DNA of 64,000 nt from Vulcanimicrobiota bacterium (GCA_963833095.1 CAWHWQ010000005.1:288001-352000), one strand, 5' to 3'. Shown: positions 31,286-41,726, counted from the first letter of the stretch. Notes: a model not told the origin generated them from the letters alone. Translations and numbers: made by a program.

Positions 31286-32947
31286 ATCGAGTACTCCCAT
31301 GAATTCCAGAACGGCGAGATCACCGGCGAGGGGTCGAACCCTTGCAAGTCGGTGTTGTAAATGTACGGCATCTTGCGAAAACCGATTACGATGGTCGGCA
31401 CATCGAGCGCAAGTTGCTGTTGAAAGATCACATAGTCAGCTTTGCGACGCGACTGATCGATAGTGCTTAGCGCGTCGCCCAGCGCCTTGGTCGCTGCGCG
31501 GTTCACCCAGAAGAGTGAGTTCTGTCCGCGCGGGGCGAGATTATCAGCCGAATAGAGTGGATTCAAATCGGGGTCGGCAGCATTGGACCAGGCATAGATG
31601 GCGACGTCGTAGTGACCGCCGAGAAGTACCGAATCGGGGCCGTTGGCAAAGAACTGCGCGGCGGGGTAGTTCTTGACGTCGGCCTGAACGCCAACGTCGT
31701 GCCATTCTCGCTGTACGACCGCTTGAATCGCCTTATCCAGGGTTCCCTCCGTCGCCGAGCTCGAGATTGAATTCTAAACGGCGACCCGCTTTCAACCGCA
31801 CGCCGTCGGCCCCGACACGCCAACCGTCCGCGTCGAGCATGGCGCGCGCCTTGGCCGGATCGAACGGATAATGCGTCGTGTTCGCGGTGTAGCCCCATGA
31901 AAGCGCCGGATGCTCAGGACTGTCCGAGGGGGTATCCTCGCCGTGCATGATCTTGGCGATGATCTCCGGACGGTTGGTCGCGTAGATCAGCGCACGGCGC
32001 ACATCGACGTCGGCGAGGATCGGATTGTGTAAATTGAAGTCGATGTGATCGTACGCGTACGAGTCGACGGTGATCGCCTGCAGGCCGCTGTTGGGCGATG
32101 CGGCCAGCGCCTGATAGCGCGGCCAATTGATTGCCGTACCGCGTGCGAGCACGTCGATCGCGTGTGTTTGAACCTGCGTCTCAAGTGTATTCTCGTCGGG
32201 TTCCGAATAAAGGTCGACCTCGTTGAGCTTGGGTTTACCTAAATAATAATCCGGATTGGCGGCCATGCGCACAACGGTGCCGCGCTCCCACTGAATCACG
32301 CGAAACGGTCCGCTGCCGATCGGCATCGCGTTGAACGGCGCCGAGTTCTGCGTGCCCGCGGCGACAAAGGGCGCCAGGATATGCTCGGGAAGGATCGGCG
32401 TGCTGCTGTTTACGCCCCAAAGCTGTTCCAGAAAGGGCGCGTAGAGGCGCTTCATGTGAATGACTGCCACGTGCTCGTCGCCGCAATCGATCGAACCGAT
32501 ATCGCGGTAGCCGTCGGTGATCGCCACGTTCGTCTTCGGATTCATCACGTAACGCCAGGTGAATTTGAGATCCTCGCAGGTCAACGGTTTGCCGTCCTGC
32601 CACGTAATGTTTGGGCGCAACTTATACTTGAGCGTCAGGCCATCTTTGCTTACATCGCCGTTCGTCAGCGAGGGTACCTCACGCAGCGCGTCGGGCACCG
32701 GATTGCCCTTGCCGTCGTAGCGTATCGCATACGAGAAAATAAACATCGACACGTCGAGGCTGATCACACTGGTGTCGAGCGCCGGATTGAGTGATTTTAC
32801 GTCGTACGCTTCACCGATGCGCAGTACGCCGGGACGCGTCCAAGGATGCCGTCCGCCCGTTGCGCCTTGGTCCGTCTTTGAGCACGCCGCCACGCCGCAC
32901 GCGACCAGGACGAGCGCCGCCAGCGCGCGAGCAAATCGTCGGATCAA
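31282..32947 (-). CDS. Peptide/nickel ABC transporter substrate-binding lipoprotein (family 5; two frameshifts)
   Basis: Lipobox VAAC; LKYKLRPNITWQDG; PIGSGPF; C-terminus in ORF 31282..31566 (SPFWNSWEYSI); TTG start overlaps the upstream TGA. Confidence 0.85.
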
Positions 32948-34087
32948 GCGTTGCTGCCGAGCATCGATTCGGGATCGATGCCGTGGAGGGCGCAAAATTC
33001 CCGGTAAGCCTGTGGCGTGATCTCCGAGGGTTTGATCTCGCTGCGTCCGCCCCAAAAGACGTTCGTATACGAAAAATCAATGCCGGCTTCGCGCAGATGC
33101 TCGTCGATCGCAGCTTTGTGCGCAAGCACGCGTTCCTTTTCCATTCCGTGCGCTACCGCCATGACGTTCACGTTCTTGAAATTCCGGACCGCCCTCGCGC
33201 CAATAGGCGTGCGTTATCACGAAGTGCCGCCCGACTTCACGCCCCGCCTCGATCTCGCGCCCGGGCGGAACGGCCCAGTGGAACAGCGCGTTGTAGCGGG
33301 TGACGCGCTCGTCGTTCGCGGTCGCCTTGACGTGTTCGAGGAAGGTCGAAAACCGCCCGATCACCCGCTGCTCGTTGAGTCCGCGCGCCACGCGCGCAAA
33401 TTCCTCAGGGCTTACGCCGGCTTCGCTCGCGCGCGCGAGCCAGACGTCGCGAACGATCTCCTCCGGCGCAAATTCGCGTTTGAGCGCCGTGAGCACACGC
33501 CACTCGAGCGGCGAGAGCTCGACGATTGCCGTATTGTTCGGCTCGGCGAGCGCATCCGCGCGCGCGCCCGGCTCGAGGCCGCGACGGCGCATGTGCCCGA
33601 CGCCCAGCGCGAAGACCATCTTCGCGGGCATCAACGCAAAGTGATCAGCGCCCACTTTGCCGGCGAGAAACTCGGCGTGCTTTTGCAGCGAGTAGCCCTG
33701 GGGCACCTTGAGCGTCGTCCAAAGACGGTAGGTGCTCCCCGGCGTCGCGGTGTCGGTGGACCGTATCACCACGTGGCCCGAAAACGGATCTTCCTTGAAC
33801 ATATAGTCAAAGGCGCGATCGAGCCGATCGGCTGGGACCTGCCACGCCACGAGCGCGCCTCGCGCAAGGTTCGTCGACATCAAGGTCTGGCGCACGCGCC
33901 GGATCGTCCCTGCGCGCAGCATCGCGACCACGCGCTCGATGACGGTGTCCGGCGCGATCCCGCTGCGCGCGGCGATCTCACCGAACGGATCCTCTTGGAA
34001 GCCCTGGAGGCGATCTTCAGAGACCGCCAGGATTGCGGCGTTGACCGGGTCGGAGACCGCGGCTGGAACGGTGGGCTGCGAGGACAT
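32944..34087 (-). CDS. Two-domain Lrp/AsnC-like protein of the siroheme decarboxylase (AhbA/B, NirDLGH) type (one frameshift near 33175)
   Basis: Two repeats of wHTH plus ferredoxin-like domain: DPFGEIA..GTIRRV..ALVAW..GHVVIR..YRLWT, and NALFHW..THAYWR..NVMAVAHG. Confidence 0.7.
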
Positions 34088-34197
34088 GAGCGCAGCCTTT
34101 GACTGCGCGCCGAGATCGCCCTTGCTACCTGCGCGATGCAGGTGAAGGTTCGGAGCAACAGGAGCTGCGACCGGACGCAGCCCACGACCGAACCCGC

Positions 34198-35691
34198 CTA
34201 AAGGCTCAGGTCGCTCGCCCCTAGCGCGTAGTAGTACTGCTGTTCGGCCAGACGCTCGCCATAGAGTCCGGCGACGTAGTCGCGCTGCGCGGTCGCGAGG
34301 TTTGCTTCGGCGATCACGATTGCGGTGATCGTCGACGCACCCACCTTATATTGTGCCTGCGTGGCTTGGAGGCTCACCGTAGCGCTGGTCACCTCGGCTT
34401 GCGCCTGCACCAGCGTGGCCCGCGCCGAGATCAGATTGGCGAGGCCGCCGCGTACGTCGGACTGCACTTGCAGTCGCTCCGCAGTCAATGCGGCGCTGCC
34501 TTCATCGAGTGTCGCGGCTGCGACGGCGACGTTGTAATTGGTCTGCCCCTGATCGTAGATCGGGATGCTCAAGGTGGCGCCGATCGACTGCGGCGTCGAA
34601 TAAGGCAGCGACGCGTTCTCGCCGCTGATGATGGTCCGGCTCTTGCCGGCGCTGGCGTCGGCGGTCAGTGACGGGAAGCGCGCAAGCTTGGCAAAGCGCA
34701 GATTCTCTTTATCCGCTTCGACCGTATGCTCCGCCGCAATAAAATCGGGACGAAGCGTAAAAGCTTGCTGAAGCGATTGCGCGTAACTCAGCACTTTGGC
34801 CTGGGCCGGCGACGCTGCAAGCAATTGTGGATTGATCTGCGTATCCGCGTCGAGTCCGAGCGCCGTCGTGAACGTCGCTTGGGCTGCAATCGCCAGGCCT
34901 TGCGCGGTGATGAGTACTCCGCGCGCCTGCGCGGTCTGAAATTGCGCTGCAGCTAGATCGGAACGAGGCGCGGCCCCGGTACGAATCTGCGCTTCGACGT
35001 ACTGCTCGTTGATCTCGAATTCGCGCACCAGCGCGGCGTCCGAAGCAACCGATGCGTTGTCCTCGAGGAGCGTGTAGTAGTCGGTCGCGACCGTGAACGC
35101 GAGGAGTTGTAGTTGGCGTAAGAGCGTGTCGCGGCCCGCAAAGTCGGCTTCTTTCGCGCTTCGAATGCCCGCGACCGTACGTCCGCCGTCAAAGATCAAC
35201 TCGCTGATCGTTATCTGAGCCGAGAGCGACGTGCTTGTCGCGCCGTTCGGCGCCGTCGTGCTGCCCGGTGCGGCCGTCGCCCCGTTGTTATTGCCACCGC
35301 CGATCGATCCGAACGAGCGATTAGCGGAGGCATTTGCCGAAACGGCTGGGAGCAGCGCGCCCTGTTCGGCGCCGTACCGTGCGGCGATGGCGCGGTATTG
35401 CGCGCGCTCGGAAGAAAACGTCGGCGATTGCGCCACGGCAATGTCGATGGCTTGGTTCAACGTCACCGACATCGGAATGCCCGGCTTCGCGATTTGCGCC
35501 GCGACATCGGGTGCGGGCGATCCGTACGCCGGATAGGGAATCGGCGTACCCGACATGGTTGGCATAGGAGCAGGCGTTGGAACGGCGATCGGCGCTTGCG
35601 ACGGCGCTGCGCCGACCGCAAGCGGCGCGCACAAACCCAGCGCGAGGGCAACCGGCAGCGATCGCGCCATAAAACGGCGAGCAGAGGTCAT
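34198..35691 (-). CDS. TolC family outer-membrane efflux protein
   Basis: Signal peptide, two OEP repeats (ELIFDGG; SIPIYDQG; QYKVG). Confidence 0.9.
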   Translation of the reverse strand: MTSARRFMARSLPVALALGLCAPLAVGAAPSQAPIAVPTPAPMPTMSGTPIPYPAYGSPAPDVAAQIAKPGIPMSVTLNQAIDIAVAQSPTFSSERAQYRAIAARYGAEQGALLPAVSANASANRSFGSIGGGNNNGATAAPGSTTAPNGATSTSLSAQITISELIFDGGRTVAGIRSAKEADFAGRDTLLRQLQLLAFTVATDYYTLLEDNASVASDAALVREFEINEQYVEAQIRTGAAPRSDLAAAQFQTAQARGVLITAQGLAIAAQATFTTALGLDADTQINPQLLAASPAQAKVLSYAQSLQQAFTLRPDFIAAEHTVEADKENLRFAKLARFPSLTADASAGKSRTIISGENASLPYSTPQSIGATLSIPIYDQGQTNYNVAVAAATLDEGSAALTAERLQVQSDVRGGLANLISARATLVQAQAEVTSATVSLQATQAQYKVGASTITAIVIAEANLATAQRDYVAGLYGERLAEQQYYYALGASDLSL

Positions 35692-36947
35692 TGCGAGGAG
35701 CTTCCCCCATTGGCCGGAGCCTGAGCGTTCGTTGAATTGACGGCGACGGTACTGCCGTCTTTGAGGGTATCAGGGCGGGTCGTGATCACTTTGGTTCCCG
35801 CCTGAACCTTGGGCGAGATCACTTCCGACAGGGTGTCGGTCTGCACGCCAAGGCGGACCGGAACCTCTTGCGCCTTGTTGTCCGAGCCGACGATATACAC
35901 TGCATACCCATTCTCGGTTTGGGCTACCGCCGACCGCGGCACGACGATGGTATTTTCATGGGCCTGGCGTGGAACCGTCGCGGTAACCAGCATGCCGCCG
36001 CGCAGCACGTCGCCGGCGTTGGGCATTTGAATGCGTGCCAGGTACGAGAGCGTTCCGGCCGTGGGCACCGCATTCACCGTACTCACGCGCGCTTGAAAGG
36101 TACGCCCCGGCAAGGACGTCGAGGTAAAACTCACCGTCGAACCGGCACGCACGTAGGGAAGATCCGTATCCGGCACGTTGATGTTGATCCAGACCGTGTC
36201 GACGCGCGAGATCGCCAGCACCGGCGCTTGCGGTCCGGCGTACGCGCCCGGGTCAAGCAAACGCTGAGTGATCACCCCGTTGTAGGGCGCATAGAGCGTG
36301 GTCTGCGAGACCTGCGTGCCAAGCGTTCGCGCGTTGGCCGCTGCAGCTTGCGCCGCAGCCACCGCCGCCTTGGTGTTTTGCGCGCTCACGGTATTGTTGC
36401 GCAAGCCGATCTGGGCTGTGTTGTAGGCGTTCTCGGCCTGGACATAGGCTGCGCGCGCGGCCTCGAGTTGCGACTGCGAAACGTAGCCGCTCTTATAAAG
36501 CTCGGTGTCTTGGTCGTAGACGAGTTTAGCGTTGCGCAAGGCCGCCTGCGCAGTCGCAAGCGTGGCCTGGTTTGTCTCGACTAGCACCGGCAGGCCGACT
36601 TGAGAGCCGGTCGCGGTCGCGGATTGTTGCTGCGCCATCGCCTGCGCTTGCGAATATTGCGCGCGCAACACCGTGTCGTCGATCCGAGCGAGCACCTGGC
36701 CGGCACGCACCTGGTCGCCCACATTGACTGAAATCGATGTGATGGTCCCGTTCTGTTGGAACGCCAGCACTGACTGCTCGAGCGGCGCCACCTGGCCATC
36801 GAGCGACACGTACGTTGCGATGTTCTGTCGCGTCGCGGGCGCAACGTCGACGCTCAAAGGCGGCATTTGACGCTGCGGACTGTGGCCGCACGCACTCAAC
36901 GTGAGTGTGGCGCCAAGTGCGAAGACCGCAGCTCGCTGGTAATGCAT
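35688..36947 (-). CDS. Efflux periplasmic adaptor (membrane fusion protein)
   Basis: Lipobox LSAC, GDQVRAGQVLARID, YAPYNGVI, LRGGM, IVVPRSAV. Confidence 0.92.
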   Translation of the reverse strand: MHYQRAAVFALGATLTLSACGHSPQRQMPPLSVDVAPATRQNIATYVSLDGQVAPLEQSVLAFQQNGTITSISVNVGDQVRAGQVLARIDDTVLRAQYSQAQAMAQQQSATATGSQVGLPVLVETNQATLATAQAALRNAKLVYDQDTELYKSGYVSQSQLEAARAAYVQAENAYNTAQIGLRNNTVSAQNTKAAVAAAQAAAANARTLGTQVSQTTLYAPYNGVITQRLLDPGAYAGPQAPVLAISRVDTVWININVPDTDLPYVRAGSTVSFTSTSLPGRTFQARVSTVNAVPTAGTLSYLARIQMPNAGDVLRGGMLVTATVPRQAHENTIVVPRSAVAQTENGYAVYIVGSDNKAQEVPVRLGVQTDTLSEVISPKVQAGTKVITTRPDTLKDGSTVAVNSTNAQAPANGGSSSQ

Positions 36948-37094
36948 GGTACTCCCTATCTTTTTGACGGATCGCTTGTCTATGGCTGGATACGGTCGAC
37001 CCGCCCGCTTTGATTCATGATCCTGGGTCGAAATCCTGATAACTCCCGGAACATCGCTAGGAGCAAGCTCGGTTTCCGCGTATTCTCCCCGGGC

Positions 37095-37496
37095 ATGAGC
37101 GCGAAACTGGAGATCGGCCGCGCGTACAGCCTTCAAACCCGGGTCGAAGAATGGATGACCGCCGAGAAGGCCGGCAACAAGGGCGTCGATGTTCTCTCGA
37201 CCTCGATGCTGGTGCAGCTGGTCGAAACCGCCGCGCTCGCATGCATCGAGCCTGGGCTCGACCCCGCGTTCATCTCGCTAGGGACTCATATCGACCTGGA
37301 ACACCATAAACCCGTTCCAGTCGGTTTCATTGTCCGCACCGAAGTCGAGGTCGTGATGGTCGATGGACCGCGCTTGAGTTTTGCTGTCGCAGTGTTCGAC
37401 GAGCGGGAAGCCGTCGCCGAGGGCACGCACGAACGCTATTTGATCGAACGGTCGAAATTTCTCGCAAAGCTTGAAGAAAAGCTCGCCTCGGGCTAG
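37095..37496 (+). CDS. Fluoroacetyl-CoA thioesterase (FlK)-like hotdog thioesterase
   Basis: VLSTSMLVQLVE, SLGT.IDLEH..PVPVG, GTHER. Confidence 0.85.
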   Translation: MSAKLEIGRAYSLQTRVEEWMTAEKAGNKGVDVLSTSMLVQLVETAALACIEPGLDPAFISLGTHIDLEHHKPVPVGFIVRTEVEVVMVDGPRLSFAVAVFDEREAVAEGTHERYLIERSKFLAKLEEKLASG

Positions 37497-37654
37497 GGTT
37501 AAAGAAACTAAAGGCAGCCTGGGTCTCACTGCAGGGGGGGCAAACGGCCTCCCGAACACATTAAGAAGGATTGTCTCCGGGCCGTGCCCTTTTTTGGCCG
37601 CTGCCTCGAGACAACTCGTGGACTCATAGAATACTCGAAATCTAGGAGGAAACA

Positions 37655-38986
37655 TTGAAGCGACTGAGCACCGGAGTCCTCGCCGCGCTGTTAACGGCCG
37701 GTTTGGGACTTAACGCGGTTGCTGCTCCGACCTCCGCATCGCATGGAAACATTGGAACCAACGCGATTGCGCAGGCCTCGGGTGGCGCCATGGAGGCTCC
37801 GCCGGCGAACTTCGGTTCCCCGCCGTCGGGGCAGATCCCGATTCTCTTCAACGACCACCATGTCTATGCCAAGCCCGACGTCCTCAAGCAGGGTCGCGTG
37901 CTCGCTGCGCTCGTGCGCGGCGGTACCGTGCTCATCCCGCTTCGTTCGATGTTTGAGCAAATGGGCGCGACCGTTTCGTACGACGCGTCAAGCAAGACGG
38001 TGGACGTTAGTAAGCCCGGCGCCGACGTGAAGGTCACGGTCGGCAAACCGGAAGTGGTCATCAACGGTGAATCGCGTCCGTTGGACGTGCCGCCGATCAT
38101 GTACCAAGGGCATGTGCTCGTTCCGGTCCGTGTAATTTCGGAAGGAATGGGCGCGTACGTTCAGTGGGTGCCCGACCGGCAGATTGTCGTCGTGCGGTAC
38201 ATCCCGCCGACGCCGCCGCCGACTCCGACCCCGCCGCCCCCGCCGCCGCCGGCAACTGCACCGCCGACGCCGACCCCGGCGCCGGTTGCAACGCCGTACA
38301 AGGATCTCTTCGTCGCGGGTGATTACCTCGCGTCGCAAAAGGTCTACGACGAGTTCAGCCCGGGCAATAACGCGTGGGGCAACAACAACGGATTCTCGTT
38401 CGGTGTCCATGGAGCCGCTGAGTTTAATCTCTTCGGTCTGCCCTGGATGCTCGAAGGCAACTACCAGCAGCTCAATTACCCGCATAACTGCAGCGTCGAT
38501 TCGACAACCTTCGCGCCGCAGGCGAACTGCTACGTTACGACGATCGGCGGCCTCGGTTCAACCGCGGTTCCGGCGACAACCGTTCGTGACTACGACTTCG
38601 AAGGAAAACTCGGACTCAAGATTGCCGATCCGCGCATCTACATCGGCGTCGGCTATCTGTGGCGTTCGAACAACGTGGGATATCCCAAGCTCGGGAACAT
38701 CGGCTTCGGGCTGGAAAAACTGCCCGACCTCGATAAGCCGTTCTCGGTCTACGGGAGTGTGTGGTACTACGGTAACGTGAAGGGCAACTTCACCGATCCA
38801 TCGGGGAATTCGTACGCGCTTGCGTACAACATTCTCAACTACCAGCTCGGTCTCACGTACGTGTTCGGCACGAGCCCGCTCTTCATCGAAGGTGGACTCG
38901 TCGGTCAAGAGATCAAGAACAAGAGCAATGCTCCGAGCAACGCGTCCAACTTTGGACCGTTCATCGGACTCGGCCTCAAGTTCTGA
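37655..38986 (+). CDS. Copper-amine-oxidase N-terminal (stalk) domain protein with Pro linker and probable C-terminal outer-membrane beta-barrel
   Basis: AGGAGG RBS, signal peptide, VLIPLRSMFEQMGA and VLVPVRVISEGMGA repeats, poly-Pro linker, aromatic beta strands ending GLGLKF. Confidence 0.8.
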   Translation: MKRLSTGVLAALLTAGLGLNAVAAPTSASHGNIGTNAIAQASGGAMEAPPANFGSPPSGQIPILFNDHHVYAKPDVLKQGRVLAALVRGGTVLIPLRSMFEQMGATVSYDASSKTVDVSKPGADVKVTVGKPEVVINGESRPLDVPPIMYQGHVLVPVRVISEGMGAYVQWVPDRQIVVVRYIPPTPPPTPTPPPPPPPATAPPTPTPAPVATPYKDLFVAGDYLASQKVYDEFSPGNNAWGNNNGFSFGVHGAAEFNLFGLPWMLEGNYQQLNYPHNCSVDSTTFAPQANCYVTTIGGLGSTAVPATTVRDYDFEGKLGLKIADPRIYIGVGYLWRSNNVGYPKLGNIGFGLEKLPDLDKPFSVYGSVWYYGNVKGNFTDPSGNSYALAYNILNYQLGLTYVFGTSPLFIEGGLVGQEIKNKSNAPSNASNFGPFIGLGLKF

Positions 38987-39068
38987 AACGGTACGACCCG
39001 GCCCAACGGCCGGGTCGCACACCCTATCCTCCGAACCTTCACCCACCTCGTGGTGGGTTAGGAAAAAC

Positions 39069-39104
39069 AAAGAGGCCTCCGAGAAATCGGGGGCCTCTTT
39101 ATTT
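39069..39104. terminator. Bidirectional intrinsic terminator
   Basis: AAAGAGGCCTCCGA-GAAA-TCGGGGGCCTCTTT flanked by A and T tracts between convergent genes. Confidence 0.85.
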
Positions 39105-39838
39105 TAATGCTTCGGCGTCGGCGTCGGAGTCGGTGCCTGCATCGGCTGGTCGGTCGGAACCGGCGAGGGCTGAACGCATGGCGGCGTGATGATGTCGACA
39201 CTCGGCTGTCCCGCCGCTCGCGGCGGCGTCGCGGTCGCGGAAGGCGCGACCTCCGCCGGCACGACAACCCCGCTTGGGAGAGGCGTCGGGCAGAGCTGCG
39301 CATTTGCAAAATAGTGCTCGGTGAATCCGCGCGCGATATCGGCCTTCTCGAGCTTTCCGAAATACGTCCCGCCGAAACGCGACGTAAGGACGTGCATGTA
39401 CGTCCACGCCTTTTGCTGCGCATCTTGCGTATAGATTTTCCTATACATCACGATCGCCAGATAATAGCTGCGCGCCAACTGTGGATCGCCCGGGTAACGA
39501 TGCGACCACTGTTCGAGCGCTTCGTCCGCAAAAGCGACTTTGTTGATGATGCCCGAGTCGGTCGTATAGTCGCCGGCGCGAATCGTCTCATCGTGGAACG
39601 TGTTGTTGATGCCGAGAAAGCTCATCTTCATGCGGCCGAAATACTCGTCGCCGGGGGCCGAGTGGCTGTAATTTTCGCATTGCTGCTTTTCCCACTTGCT
39701 CTTGAGGCTCGCGCATTTATCTTTCGAAGCCGGCGTCGCGGCCGGTTTGGGCGCGCTCGCCGCCATCGCAGCGGAACCGAGCGCGACGCTCAGTGCAAGG
39801 GACGCGGCACACGCAAAGAACGGAGTAAGTTTCACCAA
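39104..39838 (-). CDS. Secreted hypothetical protein
   Basis: Signal peptide, APGDEYFGRMKMS motif, helical core, Pro/Thr-rich tail. Confidence 0.75.
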   Translation of the reverse strand: MVKLTPFFACAASLALSVALGSAAMAASAPKPAATPASKDKCASLKSKWEKQQCENYSHSAPGDEYFGRMKMSFLGINNTFHDETIRAGDYTTDSGIINKVAFADEALEQWSHRYPGDPQLARSYYLAIVMYRKIYTQDAQQKAWTYMHVLTSRFGGTYFGKLEKADIARGFTEHYFANAQLCPTPLPSGVVVPAEVAPSATATPPRAAGQPSVDIITPPCVQPSPVPTDQPMQAPTPTPTPKH

Positions 39839-39930
39839 GGTGTCTCCCTAGTCGATGCCCGTAGGGGCAGCTTTATCGATTGCAGGTATTCGCAAGGCCA
39901 GGAGCGCCTCCCGCGTAGAATTGTTCTTCT

Positions 39931-41232
39931 GTGACCTCTCAGGTGATTCGCCTTGCGGCGCTGCAGTTGCGCGCGCACGATCGCGGTGATTATGAGCGCC
40001 TGCGCGCTTCCATTATCGAGCGCATCGAGCGAGCCGCTCGTGGACACGATCTCCTCGTGCTTCCCGAAGGGACCTTCCCGTCCTATGTGCTCGGCGACGC
40101 GGGAATCGACGATCGCTTGGTTGCGGACACGCTGGCCGAGCTGGCGCAGATTGCGCGTACCACCTCCTGCGTAATCGTCGCGGGCGCTGCGATGCGTCGT
40201 GACGACGCTCTCTACAACAGCGCGGTCGTCGTAGACCGCGATGGGTCGATCGCCGGGTCGGCGGAAAAGATCTTCCTCTGGCACTTCGACCGGCAATGGT
40301 TCGCGCCGGGATCCGCGATTGCGCCGATCGATACTTCGCTCGGACGCCTAGGCGTCCTGATCTGCGCCGATGGTCGCATGCCCGGAATCGGTCGCGCGCT
40401 GGTCGACGGCGGCGCAGAACTTCTCGTCATGCCGACTGCATGGGTAACTTCGGGGCGTAATCCACACGAACTCGAAAATTTGCAAGCCGATCTCCTCGCG
40501 CAGGTGCGCGCCTTTGAGAACGGCGTGCCGTTCGTCGCAGCCAATAAGTGCGGGGTCGAGCTGCAGATGGTTGCCTACTGCGGAAAATCGCAGATCGTCA
40601 GTGCTGCAGGTGCCCTGCTTGCGATCGCGTCGCAGGCCGAGGAAGAACTCGTCAGCGCGCGGGTAGAATTGGCCGTTCCCGCGCCGAAGCGCGCACGCGT
40701 TCCATCGCCGCAGAAGCGCGCCGAGCAAAGCGAGCGCGTGCTGCGAGTCGCGTTAGCGGCTCACGCGTTGCCGCCGAATTTGGCGGAGCGCTTGCGCATC
40801 CTCGAGGCCGACGTGGCGCTAGCGTCGAGCGGCGCGGATGACTTCGTTGCAGTCGACGCCGTGTTGCCTGCGGTGCGCGTCGATGCCACCGACGCCTTTG
40901 ACCCCGGACTGCTCCTCCAATACCGTATGGCCGGATACCGGCTCGCTATCCTGGATGCGGCGTCGTCACACCCGTGGCTCGAGCGCGTTGCTCGCGCGCG
41001 CGCAGCCGAGCTGCGGCTGTACGTCATCGTCTTTGACCGGGCAGCGCCGCGCGCTTATGCGATCGATCCGGACGGTGCGATCGTCGCCGGTACGTTCGAC
41101 GGCTACGAGATCGCAAGCTTTGCACTCGATTCGCGCCGCACCGCGCAAACGCTCGTGGCCCCCCACACCGACGTCGCCGATGGCGTCGCGCTGGTACAGT
41201 CACTTTCGCAACGCGCGGCGAGCGTTTCGTGA
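39931..41232 (+). CDS. Carbon-nitrogen hydrolase (nitrilase superfamily) with C-terminal extension
   Basis: Catalytic triad VLPEG / AEKIFL / LICADG; AANKCG, YCGKS. Confidence 0.85.
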   Translation: MTSQVIRLAALQLRAHDRGDYERLRASIIERIERAARGHDLLVLPEGTFPSYVLGDAGIDDRLVADTLAELAQIARTTSCVIVAGAAMRRDDALYNSAVVVDRDGSIAGSAEKIFLWHFDRQWFAPGSAIAPIDTSLGRLGVLICADGRMPGIGRALVDGGAELLVMPTAWVTSGRNPHELENLQADLLAQVRAFENGVPFVAANKCGVELQMVAYCGKSQIVSAAGALLAIASQAEEELVSARVELAVPAPKRARVPSPQKRAEQSERVLRVALAAHALPPNLAERLRILEADVALASSGADDFVAVDAVLPAVRVDATDAFDPGLLLQYRMAGYRLAILDAASSHPWLERVARARAAELRLYVIVFDRAAPRAYAIDPDGAIVAGTFDGYEIASFALDSRRTAQTLVAPHTDVADGVALVQSLSQRAASVS

Positions 41233-41726
41233 TCCACCCTTCTGCGCAGCCCCAGCACGAACGCCTCGTTCCATTCTTCACCGCCGTCGTCGCCGTTCTC
41301 GCGGCACTCGGTACCCTCTATTCGCATCACCGGTCCATCCAGGCGCTGGCGCTACGCAACGATGCGGTGCTCCTGACGCAAAAGGCCTCGGACCAGTACC
41401 AGTACTATCAGAGCAAACTGCTGCGGGTCACGCTCTATCAAGCGCTCAAGTTGCCCAAAGATGCGTCGAACGAGCAGCGCTCGTCGCTCGCCGTGTATAC
41501 CGCGGCTAAACATCTCGAGGAGCAAGCCGATCGCGAACAAGATCATGCCGAAGCCCTTTTGACGTCGTTTGAAACGCTCGAGATCGCGACAACACTCTTC
41601 GAAATCTCCATCGCGTTCGCGTCCATCGCCGCCCTCACTGACGCACGCATTCCCTTGTGGTTCGGCATCGGACTGACCGCGATCGGCATGGTCCTCGGTA
41701 TTATCGGGTACTTTCAAGCGCATTGA
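41229..41726 (+). CDS. DUF4337-like membrane protein
   Basis: TM, then KASDQYQYYQSK, coiled coil, then LFEISIAFASI and TM helices. Confidence 0.7.
   Translation: MIHPSAQPQHERLVPFFTAVVAVLAALGTLYSHHRSIQALALRNDAVLLTQKASDQYQYYQSKLLRVTLYQALKLPKDASNEQRSSLAVYTAAKHLEEQADREQDHAEALLTSFETLEIATTLFEISIAFASIAALTDARIPLWFGIGLTAIGMVLGIIGYFQAH

Noticed and set aside
34088..34197. Hairpins upstream of the Ahb-like gene (GGTTCGG/CCGAACC, GCTGCG/CGCAGC)
   Set aside because: Short GC stems with no U tract or known motif; could arise by chance.
37546..37600. c-di-GMP-I riboswitch (GGGCAAAC start)
   Set aside because: The following GNRA-capped P2 and the GACGCAAA segment are missing.
38205..38295. Tandem repeat or CRISPR-like array in CCG-rich tracts (also 61700-61960)
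   Set aside because: These are coding Pro/Thr/Ser linkers; no repeat-spacer periodicity was seen anywhere in the window.
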